Assembly: GCA_049971805.1 (NCBI GenBank)
Contig: JBMFKU010000003.1
Coordinates: 21,288 to 85,287, forward strand
Source of the DNA: Caldisphaera sp.
Lineage (GTDB): Archaea; Thermoproteota; Thermoprotei_A; Sulfolobales; Acidilobaceae
Direction of reading: 5' to 3'
DNA: 64,000 bases
Within the stretch, counting starts at the first letter, position 1. Each line of letters begins with the position of its first letter. The position numbers and the translations under genes are program-made. The notes under the pieces were generated by a model that had not been told where the DNA came from, made no database searches, and worked only from the letters and a program-made list of their open reading frames with translations. Below are positions 1 to 10,528 of the stretch, piece after piece.

Positions 1-1208
1 TATTTTTTTGATATTTCGTCAAATGATATTACATTTTCATTTAATGATAATTTTTCTCTAATCTCGTTAATGTTTATTGATGTATTGCTGTTGTAATAAT
101 TGTTAAGCCATGAATATATTAAACCTACATTTATTTCCTTCTTAAATTTTATTATATAGTTATCATTAAAGTTTTCATAGCCAAGGGATTCATCAACAAC
201 TAGCAATATTGGTTTATTTATTTGTCTAATTTTTTCTGCCTTTTTTCTTAAATATTCCTTGGTCCAAAATCCAACAATCTCTATGTATATCTTAATGTTA
301 TCTCTCATTACTAAAAAGTCAGGTATGAATACGCTATTACCTGCTAATAATGGTTCAGGCTCTCTTATAATATTCCATTCCTTAGCTATTGATTTAAATT
401 TCATATAGAAGCTCTCCTCTAATGAACTATCAAAGCTAATGTTTTTCATATTTGACATGCTTGGAAATATTGCATCATTTTGATCAATTTCTAAAAAATA
501 TGTTCTATTGTATTTACCCATTATTTCCCCTTCTAATTTCCAATTATTAGATTCTAGAATATAAGGTATCAATAATGCCATTGATCTTCCATACCTTTCG
601 GTTAGCTTTAGTAAAGAGGCTGGTCCAAATATTTCAATTGAAAATGGATCTGCATTTGCATTATACATTAACCCAAACTTTTTTATATTATAAATTAAAT
701 CTTTCCAATTATTTTTAGCATAAACTTTTAATTTTATTGCTTTAAATGCTGCAGTTTGAAGCAACTCCATGTTATATTCTTTTATTATATCTAAAGGATT
801 TATTTCAGGTATGTATTTAATTTGCAGTTCTTCCTCCATATCAGAGTAAATAAATTTAATTGGATCTATTCCGAGTTCTTTTGAAACCAAATTCAATATC
901 TTGTTTCTCTCTTCATTATTTGTCACAGGCCCATAGGAAAAGAGCTTGGATCTAATTAACTTAGGGTCTATTGGAGATGATTCTTCGACTTTTACTTTTC
1001 TCAAAATTAGAGTTGTTAGTGCTTCAATCAATTTTTGATCATAAATTTTTTTAAGATAGCTTGATTCTTCTTTAAATTCTCCAATAGTTTTATTTAATGA
1101 AAGTAGTGATATTAAATCATTTATAATACCAACATATCTATCATCTATAAATAAAATTTCTGCCTTTCCTTTCCTATATTTAATTCTCAATAAATCAGAG
1201 CTCAACAT
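1..1208 (-). CDS. bax1: Bax1 / DUF790 family nuclease, partner of XPB (3' end runs off the window)
   Basis: Not in the ORF track. Manual translation from ATG at 1208 gives MLSSDLLRIKYRKGKAE...GPASLLKLTERYG...FDSSLEESF...REPEPL..VFIPDF...IYIEIVGFWTKEYLRKK, the DUF790 signature. Overlaps the XPB stop. Confidence 0.88.
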   Translation of the reverse strand, partial: MLSSDLLRIKYRKGKAEILFIDDRYVGIINDLISLLSLNKTIGEFKEESSYLKKIYDQKLIEALTTLILRKVKVEESSPIDPKLIRSKLFSYGPVTNNEERNKILNLVSKELGIDPIKFIYSDMEEELQIKYIPEINPLDIIKEYNMELLQTAAFKAIKLKVYAKNNWKDLIYNIKKFGLMYNANADPFSIEIFGPASLLKLTERYGRSMALLIPYILESNNWKLEGEIMGKYNRTYFLEIDQNDAIFPSMSNMKNISFDSSLEESFYMKFKSIAKEWNIIREPEPLLAGNSVFIPDFLVMRDNIKIYIEIVGFWTKEYLRKKAEKIRQINKPILLVVDESLGYENFNDNYIIKFKKEINVGLIYSWLNNYYNSNTSININEIREKLSLNENVISFDEISKK

Positions 1209-2538
1209 TTTTTCTTCTCCTCAGGCTTAAGTTATAATCTGATGTGCTTTTTGTTACTAGCTCAATGAGTTTAGCCTTTTTACCATTTTTCATTCTCAAT
1301 ACTCTTCCTAACCTTTGAATAAACTGTCTTTTAGTTCCATAGCCTCCAACTATGATGGCTATAGAGGCGTCTGGTATATCTACTCCCTCATCAAAAACAT
1401 TCGAAGCTATTATAATTTTATATTTGTTTTCTCTAAAGTTCTCTATTATTTCTCTTCTTTCATCTTTAGGTGTTTTATAGGTAACTGCAGGAACTAAAAA
1501 TATCTTAGATAATTTATACGCCATATTGGTGTCTCTAGTAAATATAATAATTTTTTCACCTTTTAAATCTTCCAATAATAACTTTAGCTTATCTATTTTA
1601 GCCTCTGAGTTTATTGCTATTTTATTCGATTCGAACCATGCATGGAGAGCTTCCTTTGCCAATGGACTTTTTCCCGCATGATAAATAAGCTGCTTAAAAT
1701 CGTTAAGTGATTTCAATTCTAATCCTAGCTTCCCAAGATTCTCTTTTAATAACCTTCTAAACTCTTTATATTTCTTTTCTTCATCTTCTTTTAAATTAAC
1801 ATAGATTCTTTCGATTTCATATTCAGCCAAATATTTTCCAGAAAGGTCGGAAGATGATATTGTATATACTATAGGACCGACGAGATCTATTAATAATTTA
1901 TCTCTCCTGTCTTCTCTTTCAGGTGTTGCTGTGAGACCAAGCCTATAAGGGGAAGCAGAGAGTTGGGCTATTTCCATATAACCTTCGGATGGTAGATGAT
2001 GTACCTCATCGAATATTAAAAAAAGGAACTTATTTCCTATCAGCTCTATTTTTGAATATGCGCTATCATAAGTAGAAACTGTTATGCCTTGAATATCTTC
2101 GTAACCTCCTCCAAGCCTACCAGGATTTACGTTTAATCCTTTAATTAAAGATTTATACCATTGATCTAGTAAGTCAATAGTCGGAACTATTATAAGAGTA
2201 GAAACTTTTAAATTATAAATCGCTTTTAATCCAATCACGGTTTTACCCGCTCCAGTTGGCATTACAATAATTCCTCTTTTCGAAATTAACCATGATTTAA
2301 GCGCTTTTTCCTGATAGTCTCTAAGTTTAACTTTGTCTTTAACTATAGGGAATGGCAAAGGTTGCAATACATAATCCTTTACTGATATACCTGATTCTTT
2401 AAAGTAGCTTAAAATTTCTCTATACTTGTAGGCCATGGTTATATATTTGTCGGTTTTCTGGTCTACTTTCATTTCAGGAGCATATGTGTCTGATATTAAC
2501 AAACCTTTATAGTAATTTAGTTTTACCACTTTTCGCAC
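1195..2538 (-). CDS. xpb: XPB/Rad25-like SF2 DNA helicase
   Basis: LRDYQ, PTGAGKT, DEVH, LGLTATPERED, EGVDIP and QRLGRVLR motifs; adjacent to bax1. Confidence 0.92.
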   Translation of the reverse strand: MRKVVKLNYYKGLLISDTYAPEMKVDQKTDKYITMAYKYREILSYFKESGISVKDYVLQPLPFPIVKDKVKLRDYQEKALKSWLISKRGIIVMPTGAGKTVIGLKAIYNLKVSTLIIVPTIDLLDQWYKSLIKGLNVNPGRLGGGYEDIQGITVSTYDSAYSKIELIGNKFLFLIFDEVHHLPSEGYMEIAQLSASPYRLGLTATPEREDRRDKLLIDLVGPIVYTISSSDLSGKYLAEYEIERIYVNLKEDEEKKYKEFRRLLKENLGKLGLELKSLNDFKQLIYHAGKSPLAKEALHAWFESNKIAINSEAKIDKLKLLLEDLKGEKIIIFTRDTNMAYKLSKIFLVPAVTYKTPKDERREIIENFRENKYKIIIASNVFDEGVDIPDASIAIIVGGYGTKRQFIQRLGRVLRMKNGKKAKLIELVTKSTSDYNLSLRRRKNVEL

Positions 2539-2701
2539 CCTAAATATTGTTAGTTTTGTTTAAAAATAATAAATTTCATTAATGTAAACGATTTTTGTAA
2601 ATAAGAGGTTTGCAAAATTTTAGTAATTATTATACTTTAGGATTAAGGTAAATTAGGAAATTTTTTAAATAATTAAAGTAACTTAGTCAAATAGCTATAA
2701 G

Positions 2702-3847
2702 GTGAAATATTTGGATAGCACAGAAGTAAGAAAGCTTGAACATATAGAGATAGTGTTGAATGAAGATGTGCAGTCAAGAGACAGCAATTTATTAGAAAAT
2801 GTAAGATTAGTTCATAATCCATTGCCTAATAATGATTTAAATAAAGTTGACTTGCATAAGGATTTTTGTGGATTTGAGTTAGATGCACCTTTAATAATTA
2901 CTGGTATTACTGGTGGTCATATTGAGGCTGAAAAAATTAATGAATCTATCGCAAAAGTTGTAAACAAGTTTAATATAGGTATGGGAGTAGGAAGTCAAAG
3001 AGCTGGGATTGAAAATCCTTCATTGGCACATTCTTTTAGTATTGTAAGAGAAAGAGCACCTGACAAATTTATAATAGGAAACATAGGAGTAGCTCAGTTT
3101 AACAAAGGATATGATATTAAGGAAGTTGAAAGAGCAATTGAAATGATAAAAGCAAATGCTATAGCTATACATGTAAATCCAGGTCAAGAAGCCTATCAAG
3201 ATGAAGGTGATGTTAATTTTTCCAGTCTTATTAATAAGATTGAAGAGTTAAGCGAAAAAGTTAGTGTACCTATTATTATAAAAGAAGTGGGAAATGGCTT
3301 AAATAAAGAAATTGTATCTGAATTGAGATCAATTGGCATTAAATGCTTTGATGTGGCTGGATTAGGTGGTACTAACTGGATTAAGGCCGAAATGCAGAGG
3401 TCAAGAAAAAAGCATGGTTATTCATTAAAGGAACCAGGAAAGTTAGCGGATTATTGGGGAAATCCAACAGCAATAAGTGTAATAGAGGCAAGATTTGCAT
3501 CTGAAGATGCATATATTATAGGGAGTGGAGGAATAAGAGATGGATTAGATGCTGCAAAAATTATATCTTTGGGAGCTGATGTTGCTGGAATGGCTTTTCC
3601 AATTTTAAAAATTTTAAAAATAAATGGGGAAGAAGGATTAGAAAAATACATACAACAAATATTATATCAGATTAAAACATCGATTTTTCTATCAGGAGGA
3701 AATAAAGTGGCTTCGTTATGGAAAAATAATGTCACAATATGGGGTAGGCTAAGAGAGGAATTATTATCAAGAGGAATAAATCCAAATGAATTTTTGAATA
3801 GAAGATTATACACATTAGCCTGGAGGTATAGAAAAAATGGAATATAG
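2702..3847 (+). CDS. fni: Type 2 isopentenyl-diphosphate isomerase (true start probably TTG at 2711)
   Basis: RKLEHI, TGITGG, GVGSQR, KEVGNG, GGTNW and SGGIRDGLD motifs. Confidence 0.95.
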   Translation: MKYLDSTEVRKLEHIEIVLNEDVQSRDSNLLENVRLVHNPLPNNDLNKVDLHKDFCGFELDAPLIITGITGGHIEAEKINESIAKVVNKFNIGMGVGSQRAGIENPSLAHSFSIVRERAPDKFIIGNIGVAQFNKGYDIKEVERAIEMIKANAIAIHVNPGQEAYQDEGDVNFSSLINKIEELSEKVSVPIIIKEVGNGLNKEIVSELRSIGIKCFDVAGLGGTNWIKAEMQRSRKKHGYSLKEPGKLADYWGNPTAISVIEARFASEDAYIIGSGGIRDGLDAAKIISLGADVAGMAFPILKILKINGEEGLEKYIQQILYQIKTSIFLSGGNKVASLWKNNVTIWGRLREELLSRGINPNEFLNRRLYTLAWRYRKNGI

Positions 3848-4853
3848 CACTTTAAATAAGATAACAGATAAATATGTTAGCTTAATAGACTCATATATAT
3901 ATGATATAATGAAAGGAGAACCTGAAAAACTTTACAAGGCTTCTTTGCATTTAATAAAGGCTGGTGGAAAAAGACTTAGACCAATGATAGTTCTAGCTTC
4001 ATCAAAAGCTTTAGGTGGTCCTCAGGCCGAAGCAAAGGCAATATATTATGCAACATCTATTGAAATATTACATAACTTCAGTCTTGTTCATGATGATATA
4101 ATGGATAATGATGACTTTAGAAGGGGTATCCCAACAGTACATAAGGTCTATGGTTTATCATGGGCATTATTAGCAGGAGACTTAATGTTTTCTTATGCAT
4201 TTCTAATACCATATCTTGCAAAAAAAGCAGGTGCTGATGATGTTGAAATATCAAAGGCCGTCGAAGTAATTGGAGAAAGCTCAAAGAAGATAGCTGAAGG
4301 ACAAGGCTTTGATATTATGTTTGAAAAAACATGGGAAGTAGATGAAAAGGATTATCTTAAAATGATTTATCTGAAAACAGGCGCATTAATAGAAGGATCA
4401 TCGAAATTAGGTGGAATAGCCTCTGGTTCTTCTGAAGATATAATAGAATTAATGGGAGAGTATGGGAGATTTGTAGGTTTAGCATTTCAAATTAGGGATG
4501 ATATTATAGGTATATTCGGAGATCCACAAAAAACAGGCAAGCCTATTTATAATGATTTAAGGAGAGGCAAAAAAACAATACTAGTATTATATGCTGCTAA
4601 CAGAAAGAAAGAATGGAAAGATTTGTTTATGAAGATTTTTGAGGGTAATGCTACGGAAGAAATGATAAAGGAAGGAGCGGATATAATTAAAGAATCAGGA
4701 GCTTTAAATTATGCAGAAAGTTTATCTAATATTTTTTCTTCATTAGCTGTGGAAAAAATAGAGTCAATATCATCTCTTGGTACAATAAAAGATGATGAAT
4801 CTCTTCAGGCGTTAAAGGAATTGGCATTTTTTTCGTCAAATAGGGAAAAATAA
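3837..4853 (+). CDS. Geranylgeranyl diphosphate synthase (polyprenyl synthetase)
   Basis: GGKRLRP, FSLVHDDIMDNDDFRRG (FARM), KTGAL and FQIRDD (SARM). Confidence 0.93.
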   Translation: MEYSTLNKITDKYVSLIDSYIYDIMKGEPEKLYKASLHLIKAGGKRLRPMIVLASSKALGGPQAEAKAIYYATSIEILHNFSLVHDDIMDNDDFRRGIPTVHKVYGLSWALLAGDLMFSYAFLIPYLAKKAGADDVEISKAVEVIGESSKKIAEGQGFDIMFEKTWEVDEKDYLKMIYLKTGALIEGSSKLGGIASGSSEDIIELMGEYGRFVGLAFQIRDDIIGIFGDPQKTGKPIYNDLRRGKKTILVLYAANRKKEWKDLFMKIFEGNATEEMIKEGADIIKESGALNYAESLSNIFSSLAVEKIESISSLGTIKDDESLQALKELAFFSSNREK

Positions 4854-4856
4854 TAA

Positions 4857-6569
4857 GTGATAGAAATGAGCGAAAGCTTAAATAGAATTGTTATGGTTTA
4901 TACTTTGAGAAATGCTATCGAGCATAATGGCAAGGCACAAAGTAACAGTGTTATGTCAATGATTTTAGGAGAAAGGCCTGAACTAAGATCGAGAGCAAAA
5001 GAACTTTATGGGCTAGTTAATGCTTATGTGGAAAAAGTTAATTTGATGAATATTGATCAACAAAAGCAAGAATTAAGCAATTATGGTATAGTATTTGAAG
5101 TAAAGAGGAAAGAAAAAAATGAAGAAAAGAGATTACCTTTATTGCCAAATGCTGAAGAAGGCAAGGTCGTTACGAGATTTGCACCAAATCCAGATTTTGT
5201 AATTCATATTGGTAATGCAAGACCGGCTATATTAAGTTACGAATATGCAAAAATGTATAAGGGAAAGATGATTTTAAGATTTGAAGATACGGATCCAAGA
5301 ACAAAAACACCTATAAAAGAGGCTTATGATCTAATAAGGCAGGATTTAAATTGGTTAGGAGTGCACCCTGATGAAGAATATATACAAAGCCTTAGAATGG
5401 AAATATTTTATAGAGCTATTAGAGAAATGATAGCTAAAGGGTGTGCTTATATCGATTTATCCGGTGAAGAAGGTAAAAAAATGTTATTAAACAAACAGGA
5501 ATTACCTGATAGAAATAAATCAATTGATGTACAGATGGAAAATTTTGATAAAATTTTAAATAATTATTTTAAAGAAGGGCAGGCAGTAATAAGAATAAAG
5601 ACAGATATTAATCATCCAAACCCAAGCATTAGAGATTGGATTGCATTTAGAATTATTGATTCTGATAAATATCCTCATCCCTTAGTGGGTAGTAAATATA
5701 ATGTTTGGCCGACTTATAATTTTGCCGTTAGCGTTGACGATCATTTATTAGGTATAACACATGTATTAAGGGGAAAAGAGCATGAATTAAATACTGAAAA
5801 ACAAAAATTTGTTTATGAGTGCATGAAATGGAAGATGCCAAATTATATTCATTTTGGAAGACTTAAACTAGAAGGATTTATTATGAGCAAAAGTTATATA
5901 AGGAAAATAATGAGTGAAAATCCTGGAAAATTTTTGGGCTATGATGATCCAAGATTTGGAACCATTTCAGGCTTAAGAAGAAGAGGAATTTTATCAGAAT
6001 CGATTAAGGAGTTGATTATGGATGTAGGTATCAAAACAGGTGATGCAAGATTAAGCTGGACCAATCTTGCATCAATAAACAGAAAGAAATTGGACTTTTT
6101 ATCAGATAGATTAATGTTTGTAGAGGATCCTATAAAATTTATTGTTGAGCAACCTTCTTGTATTGACGCTGTAATTCCATTACATCCTGATAGGCCAGAA
6201 AAGAAAAGATCAGTAAATGTATGCAACGGTGATGAAATTTATATAAGTAAGAATGATTTGAATTCTAAAAGATTTAGGCTTATGGAATTGGGTAACTATC
6301 AAATTGAAAGCGATGTGCTAAAATTTATAAATAAAGATGTAAAGTATGCAAGAAACGAAAAATTACCGATAATACAGTGGGTTAGTTCAAAAGATTCAAT
6401 AAAGACTGATGTTTTAGAACCAAGGGGATTGGAATTTAATATCCATAGAGGATTAGTGGAAAATTACATAGTTAATTATAAAATTGGATCAAAGCTACAA
6501 TTTGTACGTTTTGGCTTTGTAATTATAGATAAAGATAATCCACTTACTTTATTTTATATACATAAATAG
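4857..6569 (+). CDS. gltX: Glutamate--tRNA ligase (archaeal type)
   Basis: TRFAPNP..HIGN, RFEDTDP, THVLRGKEH, MSKS and QFVRFGF motifs. Confidence 0.96.
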   Translation: MIEMSESLNRIVMVYTLRNAIEHNGKAQSNSVMSMILGERPELRSRAKELYGLVNAYVEKVNLMNIDQQKQELSNYGIVFEVKRKEKNEEKRLPLLPNAEEGKVVTRFAPNPDFVIHIGNARPAILSYEYAKMYKGKMILRFEDTDPRTKTPIKEAYDLIRQDLNWLGVHPDEEYIQSLRMEIFYRAIREMIAKGCAYIDLSGEEGKKMLLNKQELPDRNKSIDVQMENFDKILNNYFKEGQAVIRIKTDINHPNPSIRDWIAFRIIDSDKYPHPLVGSKYNVWPTYNFAVSVDDHLLGITHVLRGKEHELNTEKQKFVYECMKWKMPNYIHFGRLKLEGFIMSKSYIRKIMSENPGKFLGYDDPRFGTISGLRRRGILSESIKELIMDVGIKTGDARLSWTNLASINRKKLDFLSDRLMFVEDPIKFIVEQPSCIDAVIPLHPDRPEKKRSVNVCNGDEIYISKNDLNSKRFRLMELGNYQIESDVLKFINKDVKYARNEKLPIIQWVSSKDSIKTDVLEPRGLEFNIHRGLVENYIVNYKIGSKLQFVRFGFVIIDKDNPLTLFYIHK

Positions 6570-6583
6570 TTAATTATTAATAT

Positions 6584-7873
6584 CTATATTTTATAGTAGG
6601 GATCCTTTCCTTCTTTCATTCTAATTAATGCATTCATTGGTATATAATGATAACCTGTTCTTGCTATTAATTCATATAATACTTCGTATGTAGCCCTTTC
6701 AAAAACCCAAAAGCTTAAAGAAATATTAAAGTCATCAAGGTTTTCTATCAATGAGTCTGGTAGACTTTTCAAGTATGAATTTATTATATCGTTAGCCGAG
6801 TCTCTTTCCCAAATTAATGATTTTGAATCATATAAATTTATTGCATCTTTTAGGTTAACTTCATTTAATAACTGTAATGCCATAATTGAAGCATAGTTAA
6901 TGCTTCTAGTTAAAGCAGCTAAATCTCTTTCGATCATTTCCTTTTCTAACTTGTTCGATGGATACTTATAGGGTTCCCCTTCAAAATCTGTAAAATAGAT
7001 GTTGTTTTCATTCATAATTATTTGATATAGATGTAAATCTCCGTGAATTCTCATCACCGTTTTCCCTATAAAGTTCTTTATATTACTTTTGTTTATTTCA
7101 AGCAACTCATCTATTGAATCAATAGTTTCCATTAATAAATTTCTATCTTCCTTATTAAACGAATCTATGTTGTTTCTTAGGTATTTGCTTCTCCACAAAA
7201 TTCTATATAACCACTTCTCTATGGTATCATCGTTTATAACTTCTTTGTTGCATTGTTTGTTCTGACATTCTGATAAAGCCTTATGAAGTATAGCTAGATT
7301 TTTTCCAATCAGACTTCCAATGCTTTTAAATCTTCCATACTTAAGAAAGTCTATAGAAGAATTAATGTAATAGGTTGCAGCTGGTATTCCTTCTATATAC
7401 TCTGTTAAAAGTCCATATAGATAATTTTTATATTTAATATTGCAAACATATTTTGGTATGTTTGTTAGTCTTTTTTGTGTTAAATATTTTAGAATTTCAT
7501 CTTCTATGTTGTCACCTTCTAGTCTTTTCATAATTTTCATTGAGTATTTAATGGTTTTTTCATCTATAACCTCATAAGAAACTGATCTATTTCCCACATT
7601 AGCTGGATTTATTTTTGTAATATTAATATTTGTGCAGTTAGATTTAAAATCATCGATTCTATTGTTAAATAAATTATTAAGCCACACACTATTTTCCTCT
7701 GCTAATTTCATATTATCATTCATTAGAGACAATAAAAGTACTTCATTGCAACCCTCTCCTTTTATTAATGTATAATCTTTAAAATATTTGCATTCATAAT
7801 CTATATTGCTGCAATTAATCTTCCAAGTTTGATTGTTTATATATGATAATATATTTTTGTCGCATTTTTCCAA
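6584..7873 (-). CDS. Maltokinase (Mak/Pep2)-like phosphotransferase
   Basis: RIHGDLHLYQ, DFEGEP, RDLAALTRS..YA and ERATYEVLYEL resemble maltokinase C-terminal motifs. Confidence 0.72.
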   Translation of the reverse strand: MEKCDKNILSYINNQTWKINCSNIDYECKYFKDYTLIKGEGCNEVLLLSLMNDNMKLAEENSVWLNNLFNNRIDDFKSNCTNINITKINPANVGNRSVSYEVIDEKTIKYSMKIMKRLEGDNIEDEILKYLTQKRLTNIPKYVCNIKYKNYLYGLLTEYIEGIPAATYYINSSIDFLKYGRFKSIGSLIGKNLAILHKALSECQNKQCNKEVINDDTIEKWLYRILWRSKYLRNNIDSFNKEDRNLLMETIDSIDELLEINKSNIKNFIGKTVMRIHGDLHLYQIIMNENNIYFTDFEGEPYKYPSNKLEKEMIERDLAALTRSINYASIMALQLLNEVNLKDAINLYDSKSLIWERDSANDIINSYLKSLPDSLIENLDDFNISLSFWVFERATYEVLYELIARTGYHYIPMNALIRMKEGKDPYYKI

Positions 7874-7946
7874 TATAACTGCACCTACACATTTTATTTA
7901 AAATTACTTATAAATAAAACTTTTTGAGTTATTTTAGATTATAAAA

Positions 7947-8552
7947 TTATGATAATGTCTTTATTGTAAGATTTAATAGACCTAACATTTTATTATTATA
8001 ATTTGTTACAGTAGCCAATACAATTAGATAATTATTATCCACGGCCATTAATGATGTATTGGATGAAATATACGTTACATTGCCCATTCTATTAATTGAT
8101 AGATTATAAAGTGATGACATTATCTCTAAGTCTTGACTTAAAATTTGAACTCCTGAGAGATCAGATTTTATAACTTCTATCATTATTTCGTTACTTTTAT
8201 TGTTTGTCTGATAGTAAAGTGTTGCGCTTTCCAATAAGGTATGATTATAGAAGCTGTTGCTATAAACACTAGGGTAATTTGTGGCTGGATTTGTTACTTT
8301 AGTTCCGTTTAAATAGATAATTGTTATGGTATTATCATTATGATTTATTGTTATATATCCAGATTCATTATTAAGTACTGTCCATTGCCCGCCAAGTTCT
8401 TGAGAAATATCATTTGTCGATACATAACCAGGATAAGATAAAGAGGTTGCAGATGTTGATTTATGAGTTGTTATACTATAGTAATATGCGCCAAAAGAAG
8501 CTATAATTGCTATTACAACTATAATTACTACCCATGCTAGCTTTGAATTCAA
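7947..8552 (-). CDS. Hypothetical membrane-anchored, probably glycosylated surface protein
   Basis: N-terminal hydrophobic helix, S/T-rich linker, several N-x-S/T sequons. Confidence 0.6.
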   Translation of the reverse strand: MNSKLAWVVIIVVIAIIASFGAYYYSITTHKSTSATSLSYPGYVSTNDISQELGGQWTVLNNESGYITINHNDNTITIIYLNGTKVTNPATNYPSVYSNSFYNHTLLESATLYYQTNNKSNEIMIEVIKSDLSGVQILSQDLEIMSSLYNLSINRMGNVTYISSNTSLMAVDNNYLIVLATVTNYNNKMLGLLNLTIKTLS

Positions 8553-8616
8553 TCATATGCACCCAGTAAATTTTAAAAAATGGAGATTATATATTAACAT
8601 TAATTTAGGTATTAAG

Positions 8617-10459
8617 TTATTTTTTATTTAGCATAATATGGGTTTTTAGATATTCTGCATGGCTCCAAAGTAATGGTGTGACAGACAAAGGTGATCCATT
8701 AAAAGGATTTACCTGTTCTGGCAAGAATCCTGAAGGTATAGCAACCCCCTCAGCCCACTTCATTAATTTTTCAGATTCTTCTTTATTACCCAATTTCATA
8801 TAGTATTGCGATAACCATAAAGTAGTTATTATCCAAGGATTTCCAGGAATATCTTTATAATCTCCATCTGCTCTTTGATAGTAATCATTTTCATATCTAG
8901 CTATACCACCTATTGTTTTTACCCATAACTTTTCTCTTATTTTTTCTACACTAGAAACTAATGTTTGATCGTTAGGATCTAAGATATCAAAGTTAGACAA
9001 ACCTAATAGGCTAGATTCTATCCTTAAGTCTTTTTCTACAATTTTTCCATGATCTATTTTAATACTTTTTACATATGCTCCTATCGACTTATCAAACATG
9101 TTTTCTTTTAGTGATTTTAATATCTCATTAGATGCTTTACTCCATTTTTCTTCATTTTTCCAGTCACCAAGCATTTTTGCTATCTTTGATGAAGCGTTAA
9201 GTCCTGCTATTACTGAAGATACTGTATAAATATTTACTCCGAGATTTTCCTCCCACAAATCGTATGTCATTAATGGTAATTTTAATTTCTCGTCTCTAAA
9301 ATCAGCTAAGAAGTTAGCAGCTTTTATTATAGTTTCATAATAATCTCTTAAAGAATCATAATCTTTGGTTAAAATGAAGTGATAATAATAAGTATATAGC
9401 GAAGTTGAAGTTTCATCCTCCTGTATATTTAATGATTGGTCGTTATTTAATGTCCAAGGATGCCATGTACTTCCAAAGGATCCATCGGAATTGTATTTTT
9501 GATATAAAAACCCTTCGTCGTTGAAAAGATTTTCAAACAGAAATCTATAATATTTATTGGTAAAAGACCAATATCCTGACATGTCTAATGCCATTGCAGT
9601 TAACGATGCGTCTCTTGGCCAAACATAGGCATATGTATCAAAATTAAACTTTAATATGCTGGTATCAAATGATGCTGGAATTGCTCCGTTTTCACCTATG
9701 TGGCCTATTATAACAGCTAAGCTTTGTTTTGCCAGCTTATTTTCGTACGTTTGAGTAATATTTTTCCAATATCTTGAATCTCTTTCAAAGTGTGTTTCTG
9801 CATTATTTCTTATTTCATTTAATTTAATTATAACATCATTGTAGCTATCTCCTGCAATAAAGTAAATGTAAAAATCTTTATCCGCTATGGAAAAAGGCAC
9901 TATCAACAGATCCCTGAGCAATAGGATTTTTATTTAATGTTCCATCTTCACAGTCTCTAATAACAACTCCCTGATCTCTTCTACCTGTAGTATATTCGTA
10001 TATTTGATTTGATGAGGAAATCAAGAACCATGTATTTTGTTTATAATGAATTATAGAATCGCTTTGCGGATCATAAAATGCAGTATCTCCGATTTCATTT
10101 CCATTGAGTCTGAAATCGTTATAAAAAATAACCCTAAACAGACCATTTCCTTTTATAGAAACTTTTCTAATAATTACCGGATGGGTCATAGAAGCAATAT
10201 CTTTTATTTCTAAATTAATATCATTGTTTCTTGATTCCATTATATTAATAAGTCCATCCATAGTTATAGTTTTATCCCAATTTTCTATCCAATTAAACAA
10301 GCCATTATTCCATATCCCAATTTTAAATTGTCCATTTAAGGATTGATTGTATTGCTGTCCAAATAAAGGATAATATATCGATTTTATGTAAAAATTATTA
10401 TCATATAAAGCAGCTATATTGCCATTACTAATAAATCCTGTTCTCATTTTTATTACCAT
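8617..10459 (-). pseudogene. GH15 glucoamylase split into two ORFs (9878-10459 and 8617-9921) by a single-base frameshift
   Basis: The N-half ends NPIAQGSVDSAF. The C-half contains YAYVWPRD, QEDET, DLWEE, LPEQ and PLLWSHAEY. Removing one base from the A5 run at 9891-9895 fuses the two frames. Confidence 0.85.
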
Positions 10460-10528
10460 TTGTTTAATATTTTTAAAGGGTTTTAAAGTTTATATAAAAG
10501 ACAAACAAGTTATAAGATATGCTTTTTA

